Assembly: GCA_965226885.1 (NCBI GenBank)
Contig: CBDDEL010000015.1
Span: forward strand, 1-64,000
Direction: 5' to 3'
Length of the DNA: 64,000 bases
Source of the DNA: Opitutales bacterium
GTDB taxonomy: Bacteria; Verrucomicrobiota; Verrucomicrobiia; Opitutales; UBA2987
Each line of letters starts with the position of its first letter. Positions within the stretch are counted from its first letter, which is position 1. Shown here piece after piece: positions 1-9,196 of this stretch. The position numbers were made by a program, and so were the translations under genes. Below the pieces are notes generated by a model, which did no database searches, was not told the DNA's origin, and was given only the letters and a program-made list of their open reading frames with translations.

Positions 1-720
1 GGACTTTGACGCCACCGACAATCCGGTGCACGGGCTCCAGGAGGGACGTTTTTTCCACGGTTATTATGATCATTACTGTTTTCTGCCGCTATATGTTTTT
101 TGCGGTGATCAGCTGCTGGTGGCCTACCTGCGGCCGAGCAAGATCGATGCCAGCAAGCATGCCGGGGCCATCCTCAAATTGCTGGTTAAACGGATTCGCC
201 AAAGCTGGCCCCGTACGCGGATTATTTGGCGCGCCGACAGTGGATTTTGTCGAGACCGGATACTCTCTTGGTGCGACCGCAACGAAGTTAGTTACATCGT
301 GGGGATGGCTCGCAATGCACGCTTGCAGCAAGACGCCCAGCAGTTGCAAAAGCAGGCCAAAGAATGGTTCGAACTAAGGGGTAAAAAACAACGGTTATTC
401 CAGGACTTCGTCTATGCTGCCGATTCGTGGCGATGGCTGCGGTTGGTCATCCATAAAGCCGAACACACCGCACAGGGGTCCAACCCGCGCTTCGTGGTGA
501 CGAACCTGCCGGGCGATCCCCAGGAGCTTTACGACAAGGTATACTGTGGCCGCGGTGAAATGGAGAACCGAATCAAGGAACAGATGCAATTGTTCAGCGA
601 GCGCACCAGCGCCCATCAATGGTGGGCCAATCAGTGGCGATTGCTCTTGTCGGCGCTTGACGTGTACTGGATTTGTTGGACACGGGATTCTCTTATATTC
701 ATTGTTTATTGATTAGTGTG

Positions 721-1638
721 TCAGGCGGCTTGTTTTGGTAAAGGGTTTTGTTTTCTCGTTGCCCCCCATGGGGGGCAAATATTTTCCTCGAATTGGACTG
801 GGCTTTGGTAACTCAGAGAGGAATGTTTGCGATATCGGTTGTAGAAGATTTCCACGTATTCGAAGACAGTTGATCGCAGTTCGCGCTCGTCGGCAAAGTG
901 GCGGCCTCGAATCGTGCTGGTCTTGAAGCGGCCGTAGAACGATTCCATGGCCGCGTTGTCGTAGCAGTTGCCTTGGGCGCTCATGCTCGGCTTCATGCCT
1001 AGTTCAGAGACCAGCCTCTGATAGTCGTCGCTGGCGTAGGGGCTGCCCCGATCGCTGTGATGAATAATCCCGGTGCGCAGTGTGCCGCGGGTCATGGCCG
1101 CGGCTTTGAGGGCCTTGCCAACCAGCTTCGCGTCGTTGTGGTTGGAAACGCTCCAGCCCAGCAGGCGTCGGCTGAACAGGTCCATCACCGTGGCCAAGTA
1201 CATCCAACCGGCCAGGGTCCGTAGGTAGGTCGTGTCCGCCACCCAGACCTCGTCGATATGGGTCGGCTGGCCATGCTTTTTAAGCACATTGGGGCTGTAA
1301 CCATAGGGATGGTTACTGTTGGTTTTTAATGGCTTAAAGCGTTTACTCTGGGTGCTTTTGATTCCCATTTCACGCATCAGACGCAGAGCCCGGTCACGGC
1401 CGCAATCGATGCCCTCATCATCCTTCAGATGGCGGTGCATTGGCCGATGCCCATAGCGGCCCTTGGCCTCTTTGTGTACCTTCAGGATCGCCCCCTTGAT
1501 TCCCTCGTCCTCGATCCGCCGGGCCGAGGGCGCTCGGTGCCTCCAGCAGTAATAGCCACTGCGACAAATCCCCATCGCCGAGCATATTTCCTCGATCTTG
1601 AAGCGCCCCTCGTTGTCTTTGACAAACTGGTACTTCAT
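721..1638 (-). CDS. IS3 transposase OrfB (rve DDE integrase core)
   Basis: WVADTTY, HHSDRGSPY and CYDNAAMESF motifs; ATGA overlap with the orfA stop. Confidence 0.92.
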   Translation of the reverse strand: MKYQFVKDNEGRFKIEEICSAMGICRSGYYCWRHRAPSARRIEDEGIKGAILKVHKEAKGRYGHRPMHRHLKDDEGIDCGRDRALRLMREMGIKSTQSKRFKPLKTNSNHPYGYSPNVLKKHGQPTHIDEVWVADTTYLRTLAGWMYLATVMDLFSRRLLGWSVSNHNDAKLVGKALKAAAMTRGTLRTGIIHHSDRGSPYASDDYQRLVSELGMKPSMSAQGNCYDNAAMESFYGRFKTSTIRGRHFADERELRSTVFEYVEIFYNRYRKHSSLSYQSPVQFEENICPPWGATRKQNPLPKQAA

Positions 1639-1946
1639 TGTTCGTCCTTGGCAAAGTAGCCCACCGTTTTTTTTAGTATCTGGTTGATCCGCTCCGAGCG
1701 GCGCAGCTCTTTGCGAAGACGATCTATCTCGGCCGCCATCTCCTTCGGACTGCTCTGTCGCTTTGAGGTGGCTTCGCCCTGCTGATCGTCCAGATAGAGC
1801 CTCTTCCACCTATACAATTGGTTGGTGTTGACCCCAAGTTTGGTCGATACCTCGGTGGCGCTCAGACCATCGAGTATCATCAGTTGAACTGCCTCATTTT
1901 TGAACTCTATACTAAAGCGTCTTCTTCCCATGCTTCGATTCTCCAT
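1635..1946 (-). CDS. IS3 transposase OrfA (HTH)
   Basis: RRRFSIEFKNEAV...LYRWKR HTH pattern; A8 run (CTAAAAAAAACG) near the 3' end suits a -1 frameshift. Confidence 0.9.
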   Translation of the reverse strand: MENRSMGRRRFSIEFKNEAVQLMILDGLSATEVSTKLGVNTNQLYRWKRLYLDDQQGEATSKRQSSPKEMAAEIDRLRKELRRSERINQILKKTVGYFAKDEQ

Positions 1947-2768
1947 TTAGGAGAATCTCGTGTCCACTTTTTCCAGTGCACATCAGCTGGCCTACACCTT
2001 GATGGAAGCCATGCGCCGGTTAGCCTTAAAAGGGACGAAGTGGGCGCGGGCCCAATGCCACACCCTGCGGCTCAAATTAATCAAGATCGGAGCGGTCATC
2101 GTGCGCAACACCCGAACGATTCACTTTCACCTAAGTGAGAGTTATCCTTGGGCCAGTCTTTTCAACCATGCGGCCCGCCGATTGGTGCCAACCTAAAGGG
2201 TGCATTGGTGCTGCCCCCGGCACTACCGAACCAATGGGGGAAAGGGGGCAGTGTCTCTACACCCTGAAAAACACCTAAAAATCAAGACGATCTGCTCAAA
2301 ATACAAAGAAATCCATCTCCAATAGCAATAACGAGCCAAACTTTACCCTTCATGAAATATCCGGGCTAAATATTACGAAATCGAAGCCTTTTGGCTGGTA
2401 ATGCCATTTTTGGGATCCTTTTTCATTTTGTTTTCCACCATGGCCTTCATCCACCATTTGGTTAACGGGACAAAATCGACCCTCCTGGATGTATTGGGCC
2501 TTCTGTTAAATGGGGCTATTTTTTACGGAATGAGCCAGGGCCTTATCAGTGCCAGGTATAGCGATGAATGGGTAGCGGTTATTACGTTGGGCTTGGCCAT
2601 TTTCTATTGTCTCCATGTCCGGCTGTTTTTGGAAAAGAAGCTGGTTGACCGCAACCTGTTGTTCACGTTTGCCGGATTATCGGCTTTCTTCCTGACCGTC
2701 ACGATGCCATTGGTCCTGTCGCGGGAATGGATAACAGTCAGTTGGGCACTGCAAGCCCTGGTACTATT

Positions 2769-2802
2769 GTGGATTGCTGGCAAAGGTGGATTGCTGGCAA
2801 AG
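2769..2802 (+). repeat. 17-bp perfect tandem duplication (GTGGATTGCTGGCAAAG x2)
   Basis: Read directly; shifts the frame between ORFs 2401..2919 and 2727..3038. Confidence 0.95.
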
Positions 2803-2991
2803 TTCGCAGCGAATTCCTCCGCCTGGCCGCTTATCTGCTTTACTGCCTGGTTCTTTACCGTTATGCGTTTTTGGATCTTCCGGGTAATTTTTCCAGAAAT
2901 CCGATACCGGAGGATATGACTTTGTGGAAATACCTGCCGGAGCTCATTGAGCGTTTGGTGGTTTTTGTCGTGCCAGCCGGTTCTTTTCTAG

Positions 2992-4558
2992 CCCGGATAT
3001 TTCGTAAAAAAAGTATCGTTGATATGCTTAACTGCTGATATACAGCAGGATAGATCAATAATTAAAGCAATATCAGCGATGACAAAAGGTAAACAATTAA
3101 AGCTACAGTTGACAAGGGTAAAAGGCCGCCGTGTGGGGGTTGATTTCAAGGGCGGAGAGGTTACTTCGGATGCCGGACTGCTTTTGATCCGGGAAGTGGA
3201 TCGGCAGTTGGGCTTGACCGAACGAGCGGCCCGACAGTTAGTGGACAAACGGCAGAAGGGCAAAGTACGCCATGAGGTATTGGGGATGCTGCGGCAGCGC
3301 GTTTACGGGCTGGTGGCGGGCTATGAGGATTTGAACGACTTTGATACCCTGCGCCACGATCCATTGTTGCAAACGGTAACGGGGCGCATTGAAACGTTGG
3401 CCAGCGCGCCGACTTTGTGTCGTTTTGAAAACGGGCAGGATCGGCGGGCGGCCTTTGCGGTAAACGAGCTGTTGGTCGAACAGTTCATGGGCTCCTTTGC
3501 CGAGGAACCCGAAGAGATCATCCTGGACTTTGACGCCACCGACAATCCGGTGCACGGGCTCCAGGAGGGACGTTTTTTCCACGGTTATTATGATCATTAC
3601 TGTTTTCTGCCGCTATATGTTTTTTGCGGTGATCAGCTGCTGGTGGCCTACCTGCGGCCGAGCAAGATCGATGCCAGCAAGCATGCCGGGGCCATCCTCA
3701 AATTGCTGGTTAAACGGATTCGCCAAAGCTGGCCCCGTACGCGGATTATTTGGCGCGCCGACAGTGGATTTTGTCGAGACCGGATACTCTCTTGGTGCGA
3801 CCGCAACGAAGTTAGTTACATCGTGGGGATGGCTCGCAATGCACGCTTGCAGCAAGACGCCCAGCAGTTGCAAAAGCAGGCCAAAGAATGGTTCGAACTA
3901 AGGGGTAAAAAACAACGGTTATTCCAGGACTTCGTCTATGCTGCCGATTCGTGGCGATGGCTGCGGTTGGTCATCCATAAAGCCGAACACACCGCACAGG
4001 GGTCCAACCCGCGCTTCGTGGTGACGAACCTGCCGGGCGATCCCCAGGAGCTTTACGACAAGGTATACTGTGGCCGCGGTGAAATGGAGAACCGAATCAA
4101 GGAACAGATGCAATTGTTCAGCGAGCGCACCAGCGCCCATCAATGGTGGGCCAATCAGTGGCGATTGCTCTTGTCGGCGCTGGCCTACACCTTGATGGAA
4201 GCCATGCGCCGGTTAGCCTTAAAAGGGACGAAGTGGGCGCGGGCCCAATGCCACACCCTGCGGCTCAAATTAATCAAGATCGGAGCGGTCATCGTGCGCA
4301 ACACCCGAACGATTCACTTTCACCTAAGTGAGAGTTATCCTTGGGCCAGTCTTTTCAACCATGCGGCCCGCCGATTGGTGCCAACCTAAAGGGTGCATTG
4401 GTGCTGCCCCCGGCACTACCGAACCAATGGGGGAAAGGGGGCAGTGTCTCTACACCCTGAAAAACACCTAAAAATCAAGACGATCTGCTCAAAATACAAA
4501 GAAATCCATCTCCAATAGCAATAACGAGCCAAACTTTACCCTTCATGAAATATCCGGG
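2992..4558 (+). mobile_element. IS1380-family element, copy 2 (1567 bp, intact)
   Basis: IRs CCCGGATATTTC.../...GAAATATCCGGG; 4-bp target duplication CTAG (2988-2991, 4559-4562). Confidence 0.96.
3079..4389 (+). CDS. IS1380 DDE transposase
   Basis: FKGGEVTSDAGLLL, ILDFDATD, WRADSGF and YCGRGEMENRIKE motifs; start set by comparison with copy 4 (MTK.KQL). Confidence 0.95.
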   Translation: MTKGKQLKLQLTRVKGRRVGVDFKGGEVTSDAGLLLIREVDRQLGLTERAARQLVDKRQKGKVRHEVLGMLRQRVYGLVAGYEDLNDFDTLRHDPLLQTVTGRIETLASAPTLCRFENGQDRRAAFAVNELLVEQFMGSFAEEPEEIILDFDATDNPVHGLQEGRFFHGYYDHYCFLPLYVFCGDQLLVAYLRPSKIDASKHAGAILKLLVKRIRQSWPRTRIIWRADSGFCRDRILSWCDRNEVSYIVGMARNARLQQDAQQLQKQAKEWFELRGKKQRLFQDFVYAADSWRWLRLVIHKAEHTAQGSNPRFVVTNLPGDPQELYDKVYCGRGEMENRIKEQMQLFSERTSAHQWWANQWRLLLSALAYTLMEAMRRLALKGTKWARAQCHTLRLKLIKIGAVIVRNTRTIHFHLSESYPWASLFNHAARRLVPT

Positions 4559-5421
4559 CTAGGCGCAGCGCTCCTGCTGGGAAAAACCCAAAGTCCTTTC
4601 AAAAATACCGCATCCAAACCCAACGACATTAAAGAGTGGTTGCAAAAACAGGGGGTTGCCAAAACCGGATTCATAGTGGCTGTAGCCATTGCTTTCATCT
4701 ACTTGAACCTCGAAGCCTATCGCACATTGCAATTTATATACGCGCCCCTGCAATTGCCGGCTCTGACCCTTATCTGGCTCGCCTTGTGCTCTCTGTTGCT
4801 GGTCGTTTACAAGAAATCGGAAAGTGGCGCCATCGGTTCGTTTTTCATATTCTTTTGCGGCTTGGCGGCGATGAAATTACTCACCTTTGATCTATTAAGA
4901 TGGGACTATGGAATAACCCACGGATATGCGGGCGCCTATTCGATTGTCGAAGGAATATTCCGCACTATGGACTTCGGAATGATTATCGCCTTTTGCGGGT
5001 TCTCCTATTTCACATTGTTGGGGAAAACGGATATGCGGCAAGAGCGCGCGATTTTGGCAGCCCTGGGGTTAGCGTTGTTTTTCATCTATGCGACTTTGGA
5101 AACGGACACCCTACTGGCAAATTTCCTACCCGGTCTGAGGGTTGGCGGGGTGAGCATCTTGTGGGCAGTCTTCGGGATAACGTTTCTTATCACGGGCATT
5201 CGCAAAAATCAATCCACTTTACGCTATTGCGGGCTATTTCTGTTTACCGTCGTAGTGGCCAAGATCTTCTTTGTGGACCTGAATAAGCTGGAGCAGCTAT
5301 ATAGGATTATTGCGTTCATACTACTGGGCATTCTTATACTTTCCGGTTCTTTCGTTTACCTGCATTACCGGCAAGCCTTCACCAATGAGGAGGAGAAAGA
5401 GGAAGAAAAAAAAGAATAATA

Positions 5422-5576
5422 ATGAAATCCCTCAAGCGCCTACTGGAATCATTACCCGGGAAGATTCTGGCAATCATTTTAATATCGATTGCCTTGTTGC
5501 GATTCTCGACCCCCTGCTGGGGCGATTTCGAGTTGTCTCAATACGAATTCTTTAAAAATATCGAGGTGCAGACGGC
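5422..5576 (+). pseudogene. 5' fragment of a signal-peptide protein truncated by IS1
   Basis: MKSLKRLLESLPGKILAIILISIALLRFSTPCWGDFELSQYEFFKNIEVQT runs into the IS1 end at 5577; ATG lies just after the upstream stop. Confidence 0.55.
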
Positions 5577-5842
5577 GGTAGTGTATTAAGTAGGAATGGT
5601 GGCTAATTCTTGATTATATTGATGAATGAAAAGTCTCAGACAGGTTTCATGCATACTCTTAAGCTTGGAAAAGGAGAGGGTTTTGCGTGTGAAACGACCC
5701 AGTCGTTGGCGCAGGGTATTGTTCCATCGTTCCACATGGGCCGTTTCACCGGTTTCTTTTCCCACGGATGTAAACGCCGGGGAAAAACCGGTACGGTAAA
5801 GAGGGCGCTTTAAAACCGGTACGCTTATCCTAGAAAGGAGGA

Positions 5843-7351
5843 GTGTATCGAGATATGAAGCAATGGACAAGAGTGCGGCACAAAGTGCTGCGGGACAAGC
5901 AGAGCAAGCGCTCTGTAATGCGAGAAGAGGGACTGCACTGGGAGACCCTGGGAAAGATGCTGGCCTATTCCCAGCCGCCGGGATACCGGCGCAAGAAGAG
6001 GCGAGAGCGCAAGATCGATCCGTATGTGGGCTGGATCGAGGAGGTGCTCAAAGCGGACCGGAACGTGCCCAAGAAGCAGCGCCATACGGCCAAACGGATC
6101 TACTACCAGCGTTTGGGTCGGGAGAAGGGCTACCAAGGGGGCTACACGGCGGTCAAGGAGGTGGTGGCCGAGCTGCGAGCGAGGCGGCGGGAAGTGTTCG
6201 TGCCGCTGGAGCACCGCCCCGGGGAGGGACAGGTGGACTTCGGTCATGCCCTGGTGAAGGAGGCGGGGCAATTGCGTAGGCGGCCATTTTTTGCCATGAG
6301 CCTGCCCTACAGCGATGCCTTTTTCGTGCAGGTGTTCGAACGGGAGTGCACGGAGAGCTTCTGGGAGGGGCCCCTGCGAGCTTTTGAGTTTTTCGGGGCG
6401 GTGCCCCGGCGCATCAGCTATGACAACTCGAAGGTGGCGGTGGGTAAGATTATCGGTTCGCGTGAACGCAAGCTGACCGACGGGTTTCTGCAGCTACAGA
6501 GCCATTACCTGTTCGAGGAACACTTCTGTCTGCCCGCCCGGCCCAACGAGAAGGGCGTGGTCGAGGGGATCGTGCGTTATGCCCGGGCCAACTTCCTGGT
6601 ACCGGTACCGCAGGTTCGGGACCTGGAGGAACTCAACGCAAAGCTGTTGGAGGCATGTGAGCGGGACATGGAGCGTAAATTACGCGGGAAAAGGGCGGTG
6701 AAAAAGGAACTGCTGGCCGAGGAGCGCGCCGTCATGCTGGCGTTGCCGCCCATACCCTTTGAAGCGAGCCGCAAACGCTCGACCTGCGTCAGCAGCCTCT
6801 CGCTGGTGCGCTTCGAGTGCAACGACTATTCGGTGCCGGTGCGCTGCGCCCACCATCCGGTGGTGGTGGAAGGGTCCTGTCGGCAGGTGATGATCTTCTG
6901 TGGGGGCCAAGAGGTGGCCCGGCACCGCCGCATTTGGGATAAAGAGCAAGTCTCTTTCGAGCCGGTGCACTACCTGGCTTTGCTGGAGAAAAAACCGGGC
7001 GCTTTGGACTTCGCCCGCCCACTCTCGGGCTGGCAGTTGCCGCAGTGCCTGCAGGTCCTCAGACGCCGGCTCGAAAGCCAATGCGGGGGCGAAGGCACCC
7101 GGGAGTATATCCGGGTGCTGCGGCTGTTGGAGAAACACCCCATGGCGGCCTTGCAGCAGGCCGTCGTCTCGGCCCTGCGGGTGGGGGGACTGACTCGTGA
7201 GGCCATCGCCCAGTATCTCTATCCTCAGGAAGACTACGGGAGCAGAACCTTCCGGCTGGACGGCCATCCACACCTGCGTCACGTCCGTGTGGCCGCCCCT
7301 GACCTCGGTGCCTACAGCGAACTGCTCAAGATTCCAGGAGGGGCTTTATGA
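5843..7351 (+). CDS. istA: IS21 transposase IstA
   Basis: GQVDFG, ISYDN and [11 protein letters not shown] motifs; AGGAGG ribosome-binding site before GTG. Confidence 0.93.
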   Translation: MYRDMKQWTRVRHKVLRDKQSKRSVMREEGLHWETLGKMLAYSQPPGYRRKKRRERKIDPYVGWIEEVLKADRNVPKKQRHTAKRIYYQRLGREKGYQGGYTAVKEVVAELRARRREVFVPLEHRPGEGQVDFGHALVKEAGQLRRRPFFAMSLPYSDAFFVQVFERECTESFWEGPLRAFEFFGAVPRRISYDNSKVAVGKIIGSRERKLTDGFLQLQSHYLFEEHFCLPARPNEKGVVEGIVRYARANFLVPVPQVRDLEELNAKLLEACERDMERKLRGKRAVKKELLAEERAVMLALPPIPFEASRKRSTCVSSLSLVRFECNDYSVPVRCAHHPVVVEGSCRQVMIFCGGQEVARHRRIWDKEQVSFEPVHYLALLEKKPGALDFARPLSGWQLPQCLQVLRRRLESQCGGEGTREYIRVLRLLEKHPMAALQQAVVSALRVGGLTREAIAQYLYPQEDYGSRTFRLDGHPHLRHVRVAAPDLGAYSELLKIPGGAL

Positions 7352-8115
7352 AGGAAGAAAAAAACCAGCTGCTGTTACACCATCACCTCAAGAAACTGAA
7401 GTTGCCCACCATCCTGCGCGAATGGCCGGCGGTGGCCGCGGCTTGTTCCCGGGACCGGCTCGATTACGCCGCCTTTTTGTTGCATCTGGTCGAACGGGAG
7501 CTCATTGAACGCGAACAGCGGGCCGCCCAGCGGCGGATCAAAAACGCCCGTTTCCCCGTGCTCAAGACCCTCGAGAGCTTCGCCTTTGAAGCGCAGCCCT
7601 CGATCAACGAAGCGCTCATCCGAGAGCTCATGCGCGGGGAGTATGTCGACCAGCGCGAAAACGTGCTGCTCCTCGGTAACGCCGGTACCGGTAAAACGCA
7701 CCTGGCCACCGCCCTGGGCTTTGCCGCCTGTGCCCAGGGCCGGCGGATCCGTTTCTTCGGGGTCACCGCCCTGGTTACCCATATGCTCGAGCAACGCGAC
7801 AACCACGACCTGCAGCGCTTCATGAAGCAACTCGAAAGGCTCGACCTACTCATCCTCGACGAACTCGGTTACGTCCCTTTTTCCAAGACCGGTTCCGAAC
7901 TGCTCTTCGACGTGGTCAGCCGCGCTTACGAGCGCACCAGTCTCATCGTCACCACCAACCTGCCCTTTGAGAACTGGATCGAAGTGCTCGGTTCCGAACG
8001 GCTCACCGGAGCTCTGCTGGACCGACTCACCCATCGGGTGCATATCCTCGAAGCCAACGGGCAAAGCTACCGCTTGCGCGATGCTCGACGCCGTCGCCGT
8101 GGCACAAAACAATAA
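7348..8115 (+). CDS. istB: IS21 helper ATPase IstB
   Basis: Walker A GNAGTGKT, Walker B LLILDELG, ALLDRLTH. Confidence 0.95.
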   Translation: MKEEKNQLLLHHHLKKLKLPTILREWPAVAAACSRDRLDYAAFLLHLVERELIEREQRAAQRRIKNARFPVLKTLESFAFEAQPSINEALIRELMRGEYVDQRENVLLLGNAGTGKTHLATALGFAACAQGRRIRFFGVTALVTHMLEQRDNHDLQRFMKQLERLDLLILDELGYVPFSKTGSELLFDVVSRAYERTSLIVTTNLPFENWIEVLGSERLTGALLDRLTHRVHILEANGQSYRLRDARRRRRGTKQ

Positions 8116-9025
8116 ACGCCTTGGGCCCGGCTCGTCGGCCTCCGGCCTCCTCACCGACCCCAAGCCAATCCCCAAAACCAACTCCCAAACCCTAAACCTT
8201 GACGTACCTGCAATTACTAACCTAAACCTTATTCCAAGCGTACCGGTTTTACCCCGACCCCCGTACCGGTTTCATCCCGGCGTTTACACACGGATCGGTT
8301 ATGAGGAAAGACTTCATCATAAGTGCTCCAAAAGTCGCTGTAGGTGGCACATCTTTTGTAGGCCCGTGGCAGACGCTCGTAAAGTTCCCGGCAACGATAC
8401 CAATCCCGAGGCCCAATGGCATAGGAGAGGATTTGACGGGTGCGTCGGCAAAGAGCGATCCAAACCCATTGGGCATCGCTCTTGCGCCCCACAAAAGACC
8501 ATAGTTCGTCCAGTTCAATGACATCATGGCGGCGGGCCGCAAGAATCGTGCTTTTGAGCGGTCGCAGCGATTGTCGTTTTTTTTAACCAACTCAAAACGG
8601 TGTTGGGACTCACCCCGAAGGCGCGCTGTAAACCGCGTAGACTGCTGCGGTCCTGATAGACTCGAAGGATCATTTCTTTTTGCTCTTCGGTGTATTTCAC
8701 TGTGGGGTTTTCGCGGCTTTGTTTACCACAATCATGGCAGCGGTAGCGCTGTTTATGGTTGGGCGTCTTGCCAAATTTAATGATATTTTCACTTCCACAG
8801 TGCCGACAATTAATAATTTTAGTAACCATGCACTAAAAATAAACTGCCTAACTCTATTTGTACAGCTAAAAATACAAAATAACATTCTTTTTTTATACAC
8901 TACCCGATCTTCCAGGTTGACCAAGACCAGTCATGCCATCCCCGGAATTGGCTGCCTTAGATTTGGCCAAAAAAAGCCCTTCCCTTATGGCGAACGAAAC
9001 TTCTATGCACAACTGCCAGCCAGGT

Positions 9026-9196
9026 TGATCGGACCCCATCTTTGCTACCACTTTAAGTGAGAGTATTTCCTTAGGTTTGGTATTGTAGGTTTTGCAGCGG
9101 GTGGCGCAATGAGGCCGTAGGCCGAATGGAGCCAGCCGCTGCTTTGTTGATTGTTCGCCAGAGTCTGGCAAATGTATTTGGGGAGAGAAAGCCTAA
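9026..9196 (-). mobile_element. Right-end remnant (171 bp) of the IS407-group element, cut by IS1380 copy 3
   Basis: Near-identical to 22367-22537. Confidence 0.9.

Larger units (their letters stand above)
658..1985 (-). mobile_element. IS3-family element (1328 bp) inserted in the IS1380 transposase
   Basis: TG...CA ends; imperfect IRs TGATGTGCACTGGAAAAAGTGGACAC / TGACGTGTACTGGATTTGTTGGACAC; 3-bp target duplication GCT (655-657, 1986-1988). Confidence 0.95.
1..2365 (+). mobile_element. IS1380-family element, copy 1 (5' part outside window; transposase interrupted by an IS3 element)
   Basis: Matches copy 2 (2992-4558) on both sides of the IS3 insertion; right end ...CATGAAATATCCGGG followed by CTAA. 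Confidence 0.95.
2370..5419 (+). pseudogene. DUF2339-like polytopic membrane protein, broken by IS1380 copies 1 and 2 and a 17-bp duplication
   Basis: Removing IS copy 2 and one CTAG joins ...VVPAGSFL to GAALLLGKTQ...WLQKQGVAK in frame; C-terminus SILWAVF...KIFFVDL..LEQLYRIIAFILLGIL is typical of DUF2339. Confidence 0.75.
5769..8288 (+). mobile_element. IS21-family element (2520 bp)
   Basis: Ends TGTAAACGCCGGG.../...CCCGGCGTTTACA; repeated AAACCGGTACG boxes at both ends; 6-bp target duplication CACGGA (5763-5768, 8289-8294). Confidence 0.95.
5577..8904 (-). mobile_element. IS1-family element, copy A, interrupted by IS21
   Basis: IRs GGTAGTGTAT/ATACACTACC; near-identical to 24221-25022; InsA zinc finger CRHC...CHDC at 8524..8829; no target duplication. 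Confidence 0.92.

Noticed and set aside
4390..4458. HDV-like ribozyme in the IS1380 3' element (CGAA precedes a helix strand)
   Set aside because: Only 4 nt lie between the inner hairpin and CGAA, leaving no room for P1', P1.1 and P4.
1..4558. Composite transposon formed by IS1380 copies 1 and 2
   Set aside because: Copy 2 has its own CTAG duplication and the host gene reads through it, so these are independent insertions in one gene.
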